A stretch of 64,000 bases of DNA from Mustelus asterias (Eukaryota), in NCBI RefSeq assembly GCF_964213995.1, contig NC_135823.1, forward strand, positions 1,674,001 to 1,738,000, read 5' to 3'. Shown here piece by piece: positions 61,700 through 64,000 of the stretch. A program made the translations under genes and the position numbers. Position 1 is the stretch's first letter; each line of letters starts with the position of its first letter. Below the pieces are notes generated by a model, which had not been told where the DNA came from, ran no database searches, and was given only the letters and a program-made list of their open reading frames with translations.

Positions 61700-63300
61700 T
61701 GATAACCCTGTGAGGTTACACCTTGTAAAATGCCTTGAGAACATCTATGTACAGTGCATCCAAAGGATCCCCTCCATCCCCAGCGTAGATGACTTTCACA
61801 AAAATAACGACAATCATTTGCTGAATCAGAATTTCCTTTGCACAGGAAGATACTGACTCTATTTAATTTCCTTGAGCTTAGAAAAGTGTCCTGCTGTAAC
61901 TATTTAAATCATAACTTCATACATTTTCCATACAAGAGCTGTGAGGCTAACTAAACAGTAGTTTCAGGCGTTATATCCCTCTAACGCTGTTGGGTCATGG
62001 AGTTAGATTTTCTATCTTCCTGCGTGATGGCATGGTCCCCGTATCTAAGGGATTTCTGGACAAGTAGAATCAATGCATCAACCATCTCACTGCATATTTA
62101 TTTGGAAAGTCCAGTAGCAAGTCCAACAGAAGCCCCATTCTTATCAACCAGCAGCTCCAACAATGTAGAACGAAGTCTGTGGTGATTGTCATATTCCTGA
62201 GCTCCTCTCTCCCTTCCATTCAGGATTGTAACTGCTCCTGGTCTGTAACTTGTATTTCCACAGTGAAAAATGATGGAACATTTATCTATCTGATATTCCT
62301 CTTGTAGCTTGTGCATTGCATCCACCATCTCCTTGCATTCCATGGTCAATTCTCCTGGCTCAATTCATATGGCACCAACTCTGAGTGTTAACTCTCCTCA
62401 TTTCTTTTTTAGTATTTATAAAAACTGTCATCTGCTTTCATATTTCTGGCTAGTTTTCTCCCGCACTCAAATATCTCCCTCCTTATGAATCTTTTAGATA
62501 TCCTTTCCTGTTCTTATATTCTGCACAAACTCCTGAGATGCCCCCTGTCTTTGCGCTGTTATATGCTCCTTCTTTAACTTTGGTCGAGCCTGTAAACGTT
62601 CTAGTTAACCACGGAAGGGAGGCCTTCACTGTGTGATCAGTAATTACTCAAATTCCGTTGTACAATGTCTGGCCGAATATGACTCCCTTTTTGTTCGATT
62701 ATCGCAATTTCCAGAGAACGTTCTGTGAATTCTTTGTTCATGTTATCTTTGTCCATCTGAATTTTCCGATCAAAATGTAAATTAGAATCTCCCATGCTTA
62801 TCGCTGTACGTTTCTGACAAGCTCCAACTACCTTTTTTCCGTCATGCTCCACCCTGCCATGTGGTTCATGTTTGGGGCCTGTATACCAATCGCACAAAAG
62901 TTTTCTTACCTTTACCATTTCTCATCTCTGCCCAAAACCATTGCCACGTTTTGATTTCCTGAACTTAGACTCAAACAACCATAGTCATAGAGCGCACTAA
63001 TGCTTGGTCATCCACATGCGTAGCCAAATGTATTTATAAATGTTGCTTTTATACCTGCCTCAACTATTTCTTCTGGCAGCTTATTCCATGTATGCACCAC
63101 ATGCTTTGTGAAGAACCTACCCTCAGACCTCCCTCTGGATTGTTCCAATACATCATTAACGAACCGAGCCACACCTCCGCTTTTGCTATCTTCCCGTCTT
63201 TCCGGAATATACTGAAACCTTCATTGTTCCGATGATAATCGATTGTCTTTCATGTCTCTGCAATATCCATCAAGCAGTGCATATTGATTTCTACCTGTGC
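61700..63300 (-). mobile_element. Highly decayed CR1 APE/RT fragments
   Basis: Remnants MGDSNLH.D, IAET; weak. Confidence 0.55.
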
Positions 63301-64000
63301 TCTCAGCCCTTCTGTTTTTTTTTCAAGTGCTCTGTGTGCATTATGGTGGCAAGTGGTTATCACTGCTACCACACCGCGCCAGGGACCCGGGTTCGATTCC
63401 TTGCTTGGGTCACCGTCTATGCTTATTCTCCATGTCCTCCCTGTGTCTGCGTGAGTTTCCAGCGGGTGCTCCGATTTCATCCCACAGTCCAAAATTTGTG
63501 CTGGTTAGGTGCATTGGCCATGCAAAATGTCCCCTCATTGTATCCGAACAGGCGCCAGAGTGTGGCGATGAGGGGATTTTCACAGCAACATCCTTGCAGT
63601 GTTAATGTAATCCTACCTGTGAGTAATAATCAAACTTTAAAAACTTTTCATTTGTGTACTGAACTTTCAGTTTAACCCAATTTTTATCAGCTGTATTCTG
63701 ATCTGTTGATGTCCAGTTGGATTTGCATTCTCAATCCCTTCCTGTACATGCTAGTTTATCATTCCTCGTAATAATACCTTTCCATTTTGTCTTGTCTTTG
63801 CTTTTTCATTCCCCACACATCCCAAATTTTGAACCCTCATCCCCAGTATTTACTTGGAAGCCTTTTCTTGCTCCCGATTTACCCTGCTCGCAAGATCACT
63901 GACCCAAGCATGGTTTGGGTGTGAACTGAAGCATATAACAGCGCAAACAGGAGCATCCTAAGGAAACCCACGCAGAACGGGGAGAACGTGCAAACTCCTC

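Noticed and set aside
309-63902. Most short ORFs in the track
   Set aside because: Antisense or off-frame translations of LINEs and SINEs.

Overview
Vertebrate genomic DNA, almost certainly a cartilaginous fish (shark-type HE1/V-SINEs, HER1/CR1 LINEs, Penelope-like elements, shark Ig light-chain relic). Most of the window is retroelement debris. The ORF track misses a spliced 8-exon minus-strand gene (38562->19143, about 337 aa) that I assembled by hand with GT-AG sites and consistent phases: leader, germline-joined VJ-type Ig domain, C1-type Ig domain, uncharged TM, and a 4-exon cytoplasmic tail with an ITIM-like YASL motif. It looks like a non-rearranging, antigen-receptor-like inhibitory receptor. 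A diverged paralog with the same V/short intron/C1 layout survives as a pseudogene at 1448-5447, with its V exon split by a CR1. A decayed sigma-cart-like Ig light-chain leader+V lies between the two (about 10547-10810, + strand). In the retroelements: a U_UUA_AAC-stop slippery site at the ORF1/ORF2 junction of the CR1 copies (candidate -1 frameshift), one CR1 with an intact 969-aa ORF2 and a highly base-paired 3'UTR insert, a Penelope element with two hammerhead motifs, a solo LTR with a perfect TSD, and Harbinger relics. All family names come from motif recognition, not database searches. Most TE boundaries are approximate.
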